A stretch of DNA of 64,000 bases. It comes from Lytechinus pictus. Lineage: Eukaryota. Shown here piece after piece: positions 11,114 to 22,914 of this stretch. Location: assembly GCF_037042905.1 (NCBI RefSeq), contig NC_087250.1:17610001-17674000 (forward strand), read 5' to 3'. The position numbers and the translations under genes were made by a program. The stretch's first letter is position 1. Every line of letters begins with the position of its first letter. A model generated the notes under the pieces. The model worked only from the letters and a program-made list of their open reading frames with translations, was not told the DNA's origin and ran no database searches.

Positions 11114-11290
11114 GAAACGGACTATGATGTATGGTTTGGTGTGGATACCAGCACAATAGAGGATCAGCGCGTTGTGATGCTGGGGGAGGATGACGACAAG
11201 GCCAGCTATCTCTACTTCCCTCATTTCTTGTCGACTGATCTGAGAATCTATCGTCAGGCTCAAATCAAAGAAGACAAACGAAAGAAAAAG
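11114..11290 (+). CDS. BRD10: BRD10-like exon, WHIM2-like LGxD motif
   Basis: ccccag|..|gtaacg; MLGEDDDKASYLYFPHFLSTDLRIYRQ resembles KIAA2026 LGYD..HFPQF..DVRIYKQ (recalled, not searched). Confidence 0.78.
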
Positions 11291-11449
11291 GTAACGAAAA
11301 ATGGATTACTGACGGTAAACTTGCAGGCAGATTATTGTATGTTTTCAAGGGGAATTTTACACATTTCAGGAATAAATCACTTCATTTATAAACCCCCCCC
11401 CCCCCAAAGTGCATATCACAATTCCAATTCGTAACTAGATTTATATTAA

Positions 11450-12122
11450 CCTTAATAAGATGGGGGTGCTGATTCAGCCCCCCTCAACATTTTTCGCGAT
11501 AAATCCGCCGCGCAAAATGAGACCAAAATCGCGACCCCTGGGTATGCGGTTCGGATATTATGCTACATCTCATAAGTGCACGCAGACCCGAAATTGCTCA
11601 GAAACGTGAATTTGTGTACAAATCCAATACAAATATTGTTTTTAGCCAAGCAAAATCATTATATTTCCTTTTACTGATGAAAATCAATTATTTTCATCTT
11701 GTTTATGGTCAAAATGAAGTCCCCGTAAATTTCAATTGAAAAAGCAATACAGAACAAAAAGTAAAAAAACAAAGAAATACAGAAGAAATTAAACAAACGA
11801 ATCATAAGAAAATAAATGTGATGTTTAAATATTTTTAAAGTACATTTGATCAGTTTCCTATAAAGAGTCTGTGAATAAAAAAATAGCATTTCAGGGGCAT
11901 TATGTTAATTCAAGCAAAATTTTGGTTTTACGCATAAAGTAGAATAATTAGCAATGAGATTTTTTGCAGAATTTGATCTTATAGTTTTGTAGATTATGCC
12001 ATGGATATTACGTGTGCCAATTTTTATCACGATAGCGCGATCAACGGCCAAGATGACAAGGGGGACTGAATAAGCCACCCCAACTAAGTAGGCGTCGAAA
12101 TAGCCCAGTCTATTTTATAGGG
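11450..12122. mobile_element. piggyBac-like MITE (TTAA target)
   Basis: TTAA|CCTTAATAAGATGGG..CCCAGTCTATTTTATAGGG|TTAA. Confidence 0.6.
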
Positions 12123-12126
12123 TTAA

Positions 12127-12897
12127 CTCCCTTATTAAACTGGGGGGGGGGGGTCAATTTGACCCCCCTCGACAAATTTCGTCACTACGCCGTCGCGCCA
12201 ATTTTTTTTACCGCACTGCTCGCTTACTTTTTACTTTCAAGTCTTGCGCATCTTTTGAGACCAAATTTGCGACGCCTGGGTACGTGGTTCCGAAATTACG
12301 CATGTGCATGTCAGACCCAAAATTGCTCAAAAACGTGATTCCGTGTACAAAGTCAATGCAAATTGTGTTTTTCAACCAAAAATCATAAATGTATGATTAT
12401 TTTCACTTTTGTTGGTTTTAATGGATTTATTTTATGTTATTTATGATCGCAAAAGGGTCCCTGACAAAGTTCATCAGAAAAAACAATAAAAAAAAAAGAA
12501 ATACATAAGAATTTAAAAAACAATAAAATACGTAAGAAATTAATCATATTTTTGCAATTTTTTTGTAGATATTTGTTAGAAATGTGATAATTGATACTCC
12601 CACCAAATATTAGCATTCTTCTAGCTATATAAATTGAGATAAAGGCAAAAACATACACAAAAACCCAAATTTAGGGCAAATTTCATACGCTTATTTGCAT
12701 AATTAAGTAATTAAAAAATATAAACAATTAATATTTTGAAAATTTTTCTATACAGTCTTGTAGTTTACATCCGGCTCTACGCGTGTGCAAATTTTCGCGG
12801 CGATCGCGCAATCAGCGGCCGAGATCTGAGGGGGGGTCAAATTGACCCCCCCCCCCTCCAGTATATACTGGTCGGAAATAGCCCAGTTAAGATAGGG
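12127..12897. mobile_element. Related piggyBac-like MITE abutting the previous copy
   Basis: Shares TTAA 12123-12126; ends CCCAGTTAAGATAGGG|TTAA; internal GGGGGTCAAATTGACCCCC palindromes; body similar to 11450-12122. Confidence 0.65.
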
Positions 12898-13462
12898 TTA
12901 AAGCATGTGCCACAAAACAGTTATGATGTGAGATATATATAGTAAGATGTGTTTCATTAGATAAATTAAGAGATTTTACAATTTGATTTGATTAGGTTCC
13001 TGATCAAAATAAGATATATCCGTATTCATGTCTTGTTTTTTATGATACCCCTTTTCAAGCATAGAATTGGCTGAAAATTTTGGTATAGAATTTTTTTTTA
13101 ATCCTTTCTAATTTCTGATAACTAAATATGTAAAGAAATTGCTCAAAGGTGTATTTTAGATAAAAAATGAAAACATTGCTGAGAGAAAGGATGTTAGATG
13201 CCAAATTTAAATTCTAACAGCCGCAAATGGGCCAAATTTGACACAATGTATGAAAACAGTTTAAGGTGAGTTTTCATTTTTCTAACGTTGGCAGTGAGCT
13301 CTAATCTATTATTTCCTATCATTGTATCCAAACCCAATAATTTGATGCCTTTTCTACCTTACATTTAGAAAGTATTAGAAATCCCTTTGAGTTGAATGCC
13401 ATCTACCTGGTTATAAATTGAACAGAGCTTTTTTCCCCAATCTTTGTTGCCTCTCCTCTCAG

Positions 13463-13819
13463 AAAGCGGAAAAGGAAGCGAAGAGCCCTTCAAAGAAGGC
13501 AAAGAAAGAAGCTGAAAGCGCTTCTGAGGTCGAGGAGGGGCCCAAGAAGAGAGGCAGGCCCAGGAAGAATGCAGAACCCGATGAGAATTCGCCCAAGAAG
13601 ACTGCCAAGACACCCGCAACCCCTGCCAGTGTAGGACCAAAGAAGCGTGGCAGACCTAGGAAGGATGCAGGAGAGACAAGTGAGTCAGAGACTACTACTA
13701 GTAAAGGGAAGGAGACTGGTGGTGAAGCCAAGACCCCAACTCCGGCTACTCCTGGTGTGAAGGCAGGTAGAGGGAGACCTAGGAAAGATGGTTCCACTCC
13801 AGCTCAGGCTGCTAAGAAG
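13463..13819 (+). CDS. BRD10: BRD10-like exon with three AT-hooks
   Basis: ctcag|..|gtgagg; KKRGRPRK twice and GRGRPRK; phase 0 at both ends. Confidence 0.82.
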
Positions 13820-14050
13820 GTGAGGCATCTGTTCTTGTTTGTATTTTTATCATGTTTTTATATTGTACAATTTGAATTTGAATATTGAAATAACTGAATT
13901 GAATTGAATAAAAATTTGGCTGGATAGGAATCATGGAAAAATATTCCACAGGGCCTCTGGCAATTTCACTCCCTGAATGCTGAAAAGAACCCTGGAAAAT
14001 TAAAAACCTGCCCCAGAAAATTCCCATTCACTGCAATGTTAAAGCTTATT

Positions 14051-14387
14051 CAGGGTTCCCACAGTCACGGAAAATCCTGGAAAAATTTGTGGTCAGGGAA
14101 AAGTCAGGGAATTTGGAAAATTTGTGACAAGTCATGGAAAGAATTGCATTTACCTCTTTGCTATAGCAGCTTTCCAGTTTGTCGTGTCTCGCAACTCTCA
14201 TATTCTGTCATCATACTCTGCTATTATAATTGATGTTCATGATTTCAATTTTTCCCAGTTTTGTGACGTCCCAAATTCTACTTAACTCCCGGGACGTCAC
14301 AGGAAGTCATGGAAACCAGCAATTTAGTCATGGAAAAATCATGGAAAAGTCATGGAATTCTGTTTTCAAATTTCTGTGGGAACCCTG
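14051..14387. mobile_element. MITE
   Basis: TIR CAGGGTTCCCACAG..CTGTGGGAACCCTG; internal GTCATGGAAA repeats. Confidence 0.6.
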
Positions 14388-14946
14388 TTATTCATTGTCG
14401 CTTATTTAGTTAGTCGGTTGTGGAAAGAAGCCCCGAAAATACAAAATTGATTTTTTTTTTTGCCTCAGAGAGAGGGCGGGTGCACTAGGATTCTTGTCTG
14501 GGAGTGATAAATGAATTTCACCAAGTATGTTATGAATTTAGAGAATATTTGGTCATTTCTACGGTGTTTTTTCTTGATTTTTCCAAACAGTAAAGACCTG
14601 CGAGTTTTGCAAATTTTGTAAATGGTTTTTTATTTAACGGTCATTAGAACATTCATGAACCGTTCTGGCTCAGACTTACTAATTACATGTACCTCCAATA
14701 TTTGTTTATTACAACTGAAAACTGTCAATATTTATTTGTAAACAACAAGCTGATACATTTTAACATGATTTATATACATGTAGCATTGCATATCTTTGCA
14801 GGCAGACCTTTTTCATCATTGAATTCTCATTACATGCCCCATTAAGACACTTACTCTTACTCTCCATACTATCAAAGAGTTATTGATTTTGAAGCAAATT
14901 AAACAGACACCTTGAATATTCTTTTTTATTTATCTGTTGACTACAG

Positions 14947-16299
14947 ACGCCCGCTAAGCCAATGGCAATCGTAACACCAACAAGGCGTTCAAGTCGGCGA
15001 TCGGCAAGATTAGAAAAACCTGAGCTTGAGGAGCAGGATGAAAAACTGGAAGAAAAGAGCCAAAGTGGCAGTGGTGACAACGAGGATGTTACAGATGCTG
15101 CCTGTGACTCACAAAACAATGAAACAAACGTTGAAGATAAGGACCTAAAATCTGATAGGACAGTGTGTACTGATGGACCTCAGTCATCATCCGTGTGTGA
15201 TGACAGTCTGGATAGGACAGAAAATAAAGCAGGGACTCTATCTCGGGAAACAGAAGAGGACGCAGATAACTTGGACAATAAACACCTTGAAACAATATCA
15301 ACTAAGGACATTGACAATGTTGTTGATGGTTTATCTGGGAGTGATGAGGGAAGGACTCGCGAAAGTGATGTACAGGGAGGGGAAGCCTGTTGTACAGCAG
15401 AAGGGGATTCCCCTCATTCAGCGGGAGGGAAATCCCCTTCCGAGAATGTATTATGTAATGGTGTAATGGAGGTGGATGATAGCAGTCGTCAAACACATTC
15501 CAATGATGCCCCAAGGGGCTCCAAAGATGATGGTGCAGGTCATTCTGTTGAACTTACTAAACCAACGGAGGAGGTAACCAATGGACCTGATGCCCAAGTT
15601 TCACCAGATACTGTCCAAACCAAGGGTGAGTCAGTGGATGAGACTCACCAGTTGGAAAATGGCAGTTCCGCCAATGGAATGAGTACGCTCAATCAGATCC
15701 AATCTAATAATGTTATGGACATTGACCACAAGGTTGCCCAGCTTTCTGGAAATGACATCAGCAAGGACCCATGCAGCAATGGCATGGACACTGGGGATAA
15801 TGTCAGTAATGACTGCGTAAACAATTCTAAGTCTGTAGATACTGAAGCAACAAGTGCTAAAAGCGATGATCTTTGTCAGGAGGATTGTTCAGTGGACAAA
15901 GATGTAGGTGCCCAGGATGGACAAACACCACAAGAATGCTCTGAGAAGGATTCGGCGGATGCAGAAAATGGCCCATCTGTAGCCAAAGCCGAAGCTCTGC
16001 CAGAGGTCAAGGCAGAGTTGGCCGTCAAGGACGAAGCAATGGAGGTGGTGGAAGGTGACCTGAAGGGGAATGACCTGAAGCAGGGTGACCTGAAGCAGGA
16101 TGACCTGAACCAAGATGACCTGAAGCAGGACGGTGAGGTCATGGAAAGAATCCCAACCCCTCCTCCCCCACAGCCTTTACCGGGTATCCTCCCGCCAGAG
16201 GGAGAATTCGAGATGGTGTGTGACAGTCTGGAAACCTTCAGGGTCCTGGTGGAGAAGTTTGCCCAGAAGGATGAGACTATCACCAAAGGACGAAAGACG
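14947..16299 (+). CDS. BRD10: BRD10-like large acidic disordered exon ending in a WHIM3-like motif
   Basis: ctacag|..|gtaaga; 451 open codons; FEMVCDSLETFRVLVEKF. Confidence 0.82.
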
Positions 16300-16933
16300 G
16301 TAAGATCAGGAATCTAAGTCAATATCAATAATGATATCGGGAGCCTTTAATGGCACTACGGAAGTAGAAGACAGAGGCCTATATGCTGAAGTCTTGTTCA
16401 ACTTTGACCATGGTCTAACTGGCCTAAAATTTTCATTTGTTTCATTTGTGACCTGTGTTCTTTCCCTATGCTTTGATGGTCTCGGAAACAATTTTAGTAA
16501 TTATGAGACAGTTATGAATAAATTGAGCATTTTACAGAGTGGATTTTGAACTTTATAAATCACATTATTATTATTATTTTAACAGCTATTTCAATATGAG
16601 TTCATACAGAATCCAATGAAATGACCACCCAAATTTCTGTTAGTATATGAGCAAAATGGTTCTGGAAGAAAATCTGCAATTGCTGAGAATTTCTAAAAAC
16701 ATCTTGGCATTCCAGCCAGAAAGGGGTCTTTTCCCAATCAATAATAATACACTGTTCTACAGTGCTAATCTGTAGTCACGATCGTTTTCAGCTTTATTTC
16801 ATAAATTTCAGTTTATGATATATATGATCTATGATGATACAGTGGCAATTAACCTTGGTTTTACAGACTTTCTCATGAAATAAATGATTACTACAACTGC
16901 ATTTACATAGCTTTAATCTTCGTACTTCTTCAG

Positions 16934-17107
16934 ATTGTCCAACCTATCAAGAGATCCGGTCGAACCACTGACCTCCACAGGACACTCGCCAAGATGCTTG
17001 AAGACTTGGAGCCAATCGAAGCCAAGCTGCAGAAGGTTGTCCACAAGGCCAGAGAGGTGGTGTACAATGAGCAGGAGGCCTACAAGAAGGATCCTAGTCC
17101 TGACCAG
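16934..17107 (+). CDS. BRD10: BRD10-like exon (helical)
   Basis: cttcag|..|gtatgg; 58 codons IVQPIKRSGRTTDLHRTLAKMLEDLEPIEAKLQK.. Confidence 0.78.
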
Positions 17108-17526
17108 GTATGGTCATGATTAATTTCCATTGGGCAAGGGTTGTCATCAGATGTAGGAGGGACTACTTTGAGCCACTCCAATTGGGGCATGACTGAGAAT
17201 TTTATCTGAAAGCAAGGGAATGTTAAGGGCATATTCAAGCTCCCAGTAAACAATTTTCAACATTCGAAAATTGCCCGGCACCTTGCCACAAGGTTCAGGG
17301 GGGGTGGGGTGAAATTAGCTGCTTTTATTATTTTCAGATCATTTTCTTTGTCAGTGGGGAAATATTTTTGACCAGTAAAGTTAATATACTCTGTACAGGA
17401 AAAAACATGAATCCACTGTAATTTTGTTTATATTAATGATGCAATGTACTTGTTCTCAAACTCCCACCAGTAGGTCATAGTTTCCTAGAAAATTATTCAA
17501 TATATTTTTCTCTATCTGCTTTGCAG

Positions 17527-20130
17527 GAGGCAGCAGCTTACTGGTACCAGCTTCACGTCAAGAAGCCATTAGAAGCAGTTGAGACATCCTCAATAGCGGC
17601 AAGCAGCATTGATGATGACTTCTCCAGTTCGGAAAGCAGCTCTGAACTTGACAGTGATGAGCTTAGCGATCAGGAGAGTGATGATGACACAGCAGAGTAT
17701 GATAACAGTGATGGCGATTATGAAGTGTCTGTGTCGAGAGGTCCAACCCCTAGTGTTGAGGTCAATGGGTCGGAAGGATCTGAAAGTCTTGGAGGGAAGG
17801 TTGATCTGTACTCTGGTGTTGAGATTGCGGGAAGGACCATGAGGTCTTCAAAGCGTAGAAGAGCTCAGAAGAGGGAGGTTATAAGGGACCGGAAGAAAGC
17901 CAAGCGATCTAAAATCCAGATCGTCAAAGGCGTTCCTCTTCAAGGTAGATATGCGCAACGTGGTGAAGGTGAGGAGACGGACGAGACCAAGCTCAAGAAG
18001 GTTCATGAGGAACTCAAGGAGAAATTGAAGGCAGGTTCTACGTTTCAAATGACAAAGAACATGGTCCCAGGAGCAGCGCAGAGGAATTTTCCGCCCTATA
18101 AAAAGAATGAGAGTTACAGCCGTCCATCTGCTCCTAAGAAGAAGGCAACTCCAGTATTCCAACGGGATACAAGTGACAAGTTCATCAGAATCCTGAAGCG
18201 TACTGCAGGAGCTAGCGAAGCTGCTGCAGTATCTCCAATCCCTAAACTGACCAAGCAGTCACCAAAAGAACCAACATTGAAAGTTCCATTTCTACAGAAA
18301 ACCAATGCTACCGTTCAGCCTACTACTGATGCACCAATTGCAGATAAGAAAACAAAGACAGAGACATTTTCGTTCACCATTGACGCTAAAGTTTGGGAGT
18401 CTCTGAAGGACAAGCCAGAAGAGCGTCAAAGACTAATTGTAGAGCATGTTGAAAAGATGAGGGGTGCCAGTGGACAAAAGAAGGAAATGTCTCAGAAAGT
18501 TCAGAACTATAGGAATACACCATGGTTCTCAAACAAGAGCAGTGGTTCAAGCAAGTCTACTAGCTCAGCAGGTGGGTCAGCTGAGGAATTCAGCCTATCT
18601 CTGCCTGAGGCACCGGAAAAGAGATTGCATGTGGCCATTGGGAATGCCAGCCAGGGGCAGACGGGAAGTCCTGTCGTCAAGCAGAAGCACACTCCAGGCA
18701 TTCCGGACAGCATGCCCATCCTAGATCCAATTGGTAGTCACAAGGGATCAGTGCTTCAAAACACCAACATGCCTACCCTAGCACCGGCGGTTTCACAGAA
18801 GATTGTTCAGTCTAACATCTTAGTTAGTCCAGGAAGTGTCTCTGTGCCACAACAGGCATTGGCTCAAACCCAAGGACTTCTGCAGCCAAGATCGGGGAAT
18901 CAACCTACTGCAATAGTATCCTCAGGAAATAATGTAAGTACTTCAGTGCCCAGGGAACAACTGTTCATCCTCTTACCAAATGGACAGCTGACTCGAAGTG
19001 ACGGTACTCCTCTGGAAACCAAGCACTTTGGTGTCGCTAACAAGGCTACTTTTTCTCCTTCACGGCAAGCAATTGAGAACTCTCAACAGCTTCCTAGGGT
19101 GCAATTAGGCACCCAACAGTACATGTACATCCCGCCTCAGAATGTGGGAAATGTTCTATCTGGTGCCAAAGGTAATGTCGTCAGAAAGGCGCAGGCACCA
19201 GGAACTGCTTTGTCCTTGAATGTAGGGATGGCTCATCCCACCGCTGCCTCTGCTAGCACTCAGAGTGTCAGACAGCAGGTTCAGGCAACGCAACTCCAGG
19301 ACCAAATCAACAAAAAAGTGGTAAAGTCCCAACCGTCTACTCCTTGCACTCTGTATATCATACCCCATTCTAATCAAAACCCACTTTACACTGCATGCAA
19401 ATCATCCAATAATGCTACCAAACCCAGTGCAAGTCAGGAAAATACACCTCTAAATCTAATAAATTTCCTCAACATACCACTTGGTACTACTGACAAGCAG
19501 GGTAGGAGTAAGAAAACTAATGAACAGGCTGCTGAGGAAATGTCTTCATCAGGGGGGAATGGAGATGGTTCTCATCGCATAAGTCTCAAATCCCCACCCA
19601 TACATTCTAAAATGACAGATTCTCCTGCAAACGTAGGAGGAACTAATTTTAGCGGTTCAAATAGGGGCATGACTGAGAACTTAACCTTGAAGCAACAAAA
19701 CAATAAGGGCATAGTTAGGCTTCCAGTAAACAATCTTAACCAACCATGCATAGTTCTAGGTAAGGTGTTTCAGCAAGCTTCTGGGAGGGATGAACTTCAG
19801 CAACCTAATTGCAAAACTGATAAAACTGAAGTCAGAGGTCGAGATCCCAATCCTACAGCTGAGGAAACCGTTCCCGTGAAACCAGATACTGTAACATCTA
19901 TTGCAATGAAACCAGTGTCTGATGAGGTAGCTGGAACCAAACCTGATGAGATCACTCATCAAGCGAAGGATCAGTCAAGTTGTAGTCATTCTGAAGCTCA
20001 TGCTTCACCAGATGAGGGTGTCTTTAAGCTACTTAATCAGTACTTTGATGAAATCCTGGAGGAGAACCTTGGCCCCTTGTACATGCCTCCTTTAGATCAG
20101 GGTGCCCAAGATGCAGGGACATCAATGTAG
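17527..20130 (+). CDS. BRD10: BRD10-like large exon, terminal if read through to the stop at 20130
   Basis: ttgcag|GAG in phase 0; about 867 open codons with acidic, basic and Q/S/P-rich blocks. Confidence 0.8.
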   Translation, partial: EAAAYWYQLHVKKPLEAVETSSIAASSIDDDFSSSESSSELDSDELSDQESDDDTAEYDNSDGDYEVSVSRGPTPSVEVNGSEGSESLGGKVDLYSGVEIAGRTMRSSKRRRAQKREVIRDRKKAKRSKIQIVKGVPLQGRYAQRGEGEETDETKLKKVHEELKEKLKAGSTFQMTKNMVPGAAQRNFPPYKKNESYSRPSAPKKKATPVFQRDTSDKFIRILKRTAGASEAAAVSPIPKLTKQSPKEPTLKVPFLQKTNATVQPTTDAPIADKKTKTETFSFTIDAKVWESLKDKPEERQRLIVEHVEKMRGASGQKKEMSQKVQNYRNTPWFSNKSSGSSKSTSSAGGSAEEFSLSLPEAPEKRLHVAIGNASQGQTGSPVVKQKHTPGIPDSMPILDPIGSHKGSVLQNTNMPTLAPAVSQKIVQSNILVSPGSVSVPQQALAQTQGLLQPRSGNQPTAIVSSGNNVSTSVPREQLFILLPNGQLTRSDGTPLETKHFGVANKATFSPSRQAIENSQQLPRVQLGTQQYMYIPPQNVGNVLSGAKGNVVRKAQAPGTALSLNVGMAHPTAASASTQSVRQQVQATQLQDQINKKVVKSQPSTPCTLYIIPHSNQNPLYTACKSSNNATKPSASQENTPLNLINFLNIPLGTTDKQGRSKKTNEQAAEEMSSSGGNGDGSHRISLKSPPIHSKMTDSPANVGGTNFSGSNRGMTENLTLKQQNNKGIVRLPVNNLNQPCIVLGKVFQQASGRDELQQPNCKTDKTEVRGRDPNPTAEETVPVKPDTVTSIAMKPVSDEVAGTKPDEITHQAKDQSSCSHSEAHASPDEGVFKLLNQYFDEILEENLGPLYMPPLDQGAQDAGTSM

Positions 20131-21728
20131 CTTTCATATGTAGTCCAAGAGCCAAGTCTTGAACAGTGTTATTGGGAATACCTCTTTTGCCTCCAAATGC
20201 TTCCCAAGATATACAAGGGCCAAGTCTTTATGGACATGGTTTACAGGAGCATTATATTTGTAGTTCCAAATGTTTTCCACCAAATATGTGGCCAAATTTT
20301 ATGAAAACGTTTTTCAAGATTAAATACTTACGAATTATGGGGGCAGACCGAAAGATGTACTTTTGTATAAATATAATCTGTATGATTTTTATTGGAGAAA
20401 GTGCTTAATATTTATATAGGAAGAGGACATGGATTGCAGAAATCTACATATTTTTTTCAGAGGCCAATGTAGTTTAAGGATGACGGTATTAGATCAATTT
20501 AGACAGATTTTGGAGGTTAAAGGTGATAATCACTTGGACTCTTCAAATGATTTATTAGTGACGGAAATTAATCCATCAAGATTTTCCATGAAAGGACAAT
20601 GGGGGGGGGGGGGGTCAACTCATATTTATTTACTACACTGAAAGATATTAATCAGTTACTCAATTATTCTTTTGAATAGATGAAAAAAATTCAGATGAAG
20701 ATGCGATAAGGGGAACAAGAATTTTTTAATGTATAGTCAGTGGACATTTATAGATTAAAGGTGTGTAATCAGAATAAATATCCCATTGAAATATGGAAAG
20801 CATTGCCAGTCTGGTACCACTAAAAAGCGAATAGTCATTCGCTCATGCAACCTTGAACCGTAGGACTTTTCCATCCAGAGGCTCTTTTTCAAGGATAAGA
20901 TGCTTTGTTCAAGGTATTTTTGACAGCTTATTCAAAACCAATAGATTGAATCGTCCTTGGCTCCTGAACCTTATCACCCAGAGGCGATTCTTGCAGCATA
21001 CGCTTTTCAGCATGGCAATCACCTGGCATATGAAGCAAGGACTCGGGATTTGTTTGAGCTTGGTAACTATAGTGTATTTCACTGATAAGTGTTTGTTGTC
21101 AAGAGTTCACTGTTTAGAACGGTTGAGTTTAATTCCTGCTTTTCTGTTTAAAAAGGACAGTTCAGTTGTGTCCTATCGGCTGTTATCTCTTTGGCTTCTC
21201 ATCTGATACCTGGTAATCCCTGTAAAAAGAAAGGGAAATGTATTTAGAGGTCAAAGGGTAAACAAGTTTTGACTGACTCATTTTCATCACAGTTTCAGTT
21301 TTGGCTTGCTATAACTCCAAATGTTTTACTTTCCCCAAATTTTGCATGAAAGTTTAATTTGTTCTGTTTTTAACCTAATTTGTTTTTTATCCCTGCTTTA
21401 ACTTTATTAATGATTCATATTTACACCATATTTACCATTTCATAACTTTGATATATGCCAACCTGGGGCCCATAATAAGTAAGAAGCTCTGTGATTGATT
21501 GTTACTTTGTACGACATTACGATCAATTCAATGAAGCATAAAAATCAACACTTAAATGAATCACCAAGTTCGTTTAATGGGGCATTGGTGAGTCTTTCAC
21601 AAAGCTGTTCGTAAGTTACAAGCGACTTTACGCCTGGCTGGTGATATCTTCTTGTGGTAAATGATATACTCCAGATTTTCATTGATTTTGATTCAGCACC
21701 TAAGGAAGGATCACTATTTGTTCATTAA

Positions 21729-22120
21729 AGATAAATTCCAGTATTGGTAACGATCTCAAAATGACTTTTTACAAAATCTAATATAATGACCACCCAAGTG
21801 TCTGTTTTTATGAATAAAAATATGTGCCAAAGGATTCTGGAAGAAATTGTGTAATTGCTGAGAAATAAGCAAAATAAGCGCGGATTCGGTCACTTCCGTC
21901 GGGTCTTTTTTCCAGCAATAATAATACAGTGTCCCACGTGTGCCTATCTGTGTTGGTGATCTTGAGTGTGAACATTTTTCAGCGTAGATTTCAAGATTTC
22001 ACAAAGTTAAGTTATGTAACTGTACCAGATCTAGATCCTCGATGATATACTGACAATTAAGCCTGGTCTTACAGACTTTCTCATGAAATCAGTGTTTACT
22101 GCAATTACTGGCATTTCTCT
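21729..22120. mobile_element. Kolobok-like MITE (TTAA TSD)
   Basis: TTAA|AGATAAATTCCAGTA..TACTGGCATTTCTCT|TTAA; a decayed relative lies at about 16520-16912. Confidence 0.65.
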
Positions 22121-22323
22121 TTAAGTCACTGGTAAATTACGAATAGCTTTATGAAACACCCACCATGAGTATGATATCAGGGTGCCGTTTCATGAAGATG
22201 TTTGTAAGTTAAGAGTGACTTTAAGAACGACTGGTGATCCTTGTAAATGATATCCATCATTAGTGATTATTTAGCACATAAAAAAGGTTCACCAGCAGTT
22301 CTTACTTCTTAAGTCCTTCTTAA

Positions 22324-22914
22324 AGGTCAAGTCCACCCCAGAAAAATGTTGATTTGAATAAATAGAGAAAAATCGAACTAGCATAACACTGAAAATTTCA
22401 TCAAAATGGATGTAAAATAAGAAGGTTATGACATTTTAAAGTTTCGCTTATTTTCCACATAACAGTGATATGCACAATTCAGTGATAAGCAAATGAGACA
22501 GTCGATGATGTCCCTCACTCACTATTTTGTTTTTTATTGTTTGAATTATACAATATTTCATTTGTTACATATTTGATAATAAGGACCAACTTGATTGAAC
22601 AAGTATTAAACAATGCTAATTCCACAAGTTCAGGGAGGAATTAATTGTTTCACTTGACAATGATGAGAAAATTATAATTTTTTGTAATTTTTATAAAAAA
22701 AATACAAAAGAAATAGTGAGTGGATACGTCACCAGTCTCCTCATTTGCATACCGACCAGGATTTGCATATGACTGTTTTGTGAAATTAAGCAAAACTTTA
22801 AAATGTCATAACTTTCTTATTTTACATCCCATTTTGATGAAATTTTCGGTGTTATGCTTGTTAGATTTTTCTCTTTTTATTCAAATCAAGTTTTTGTTGG
22901 GGTGGACTTGTCCT
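22324..22914. mobile_element. Kolobok-like MITE family A
   Basis: TTAA|AGGTCAAGTCCACCCC..GGGGTGGACTTGTCCT|TTAA; further copies at 41584 and 54743. Confidence 0.85.
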
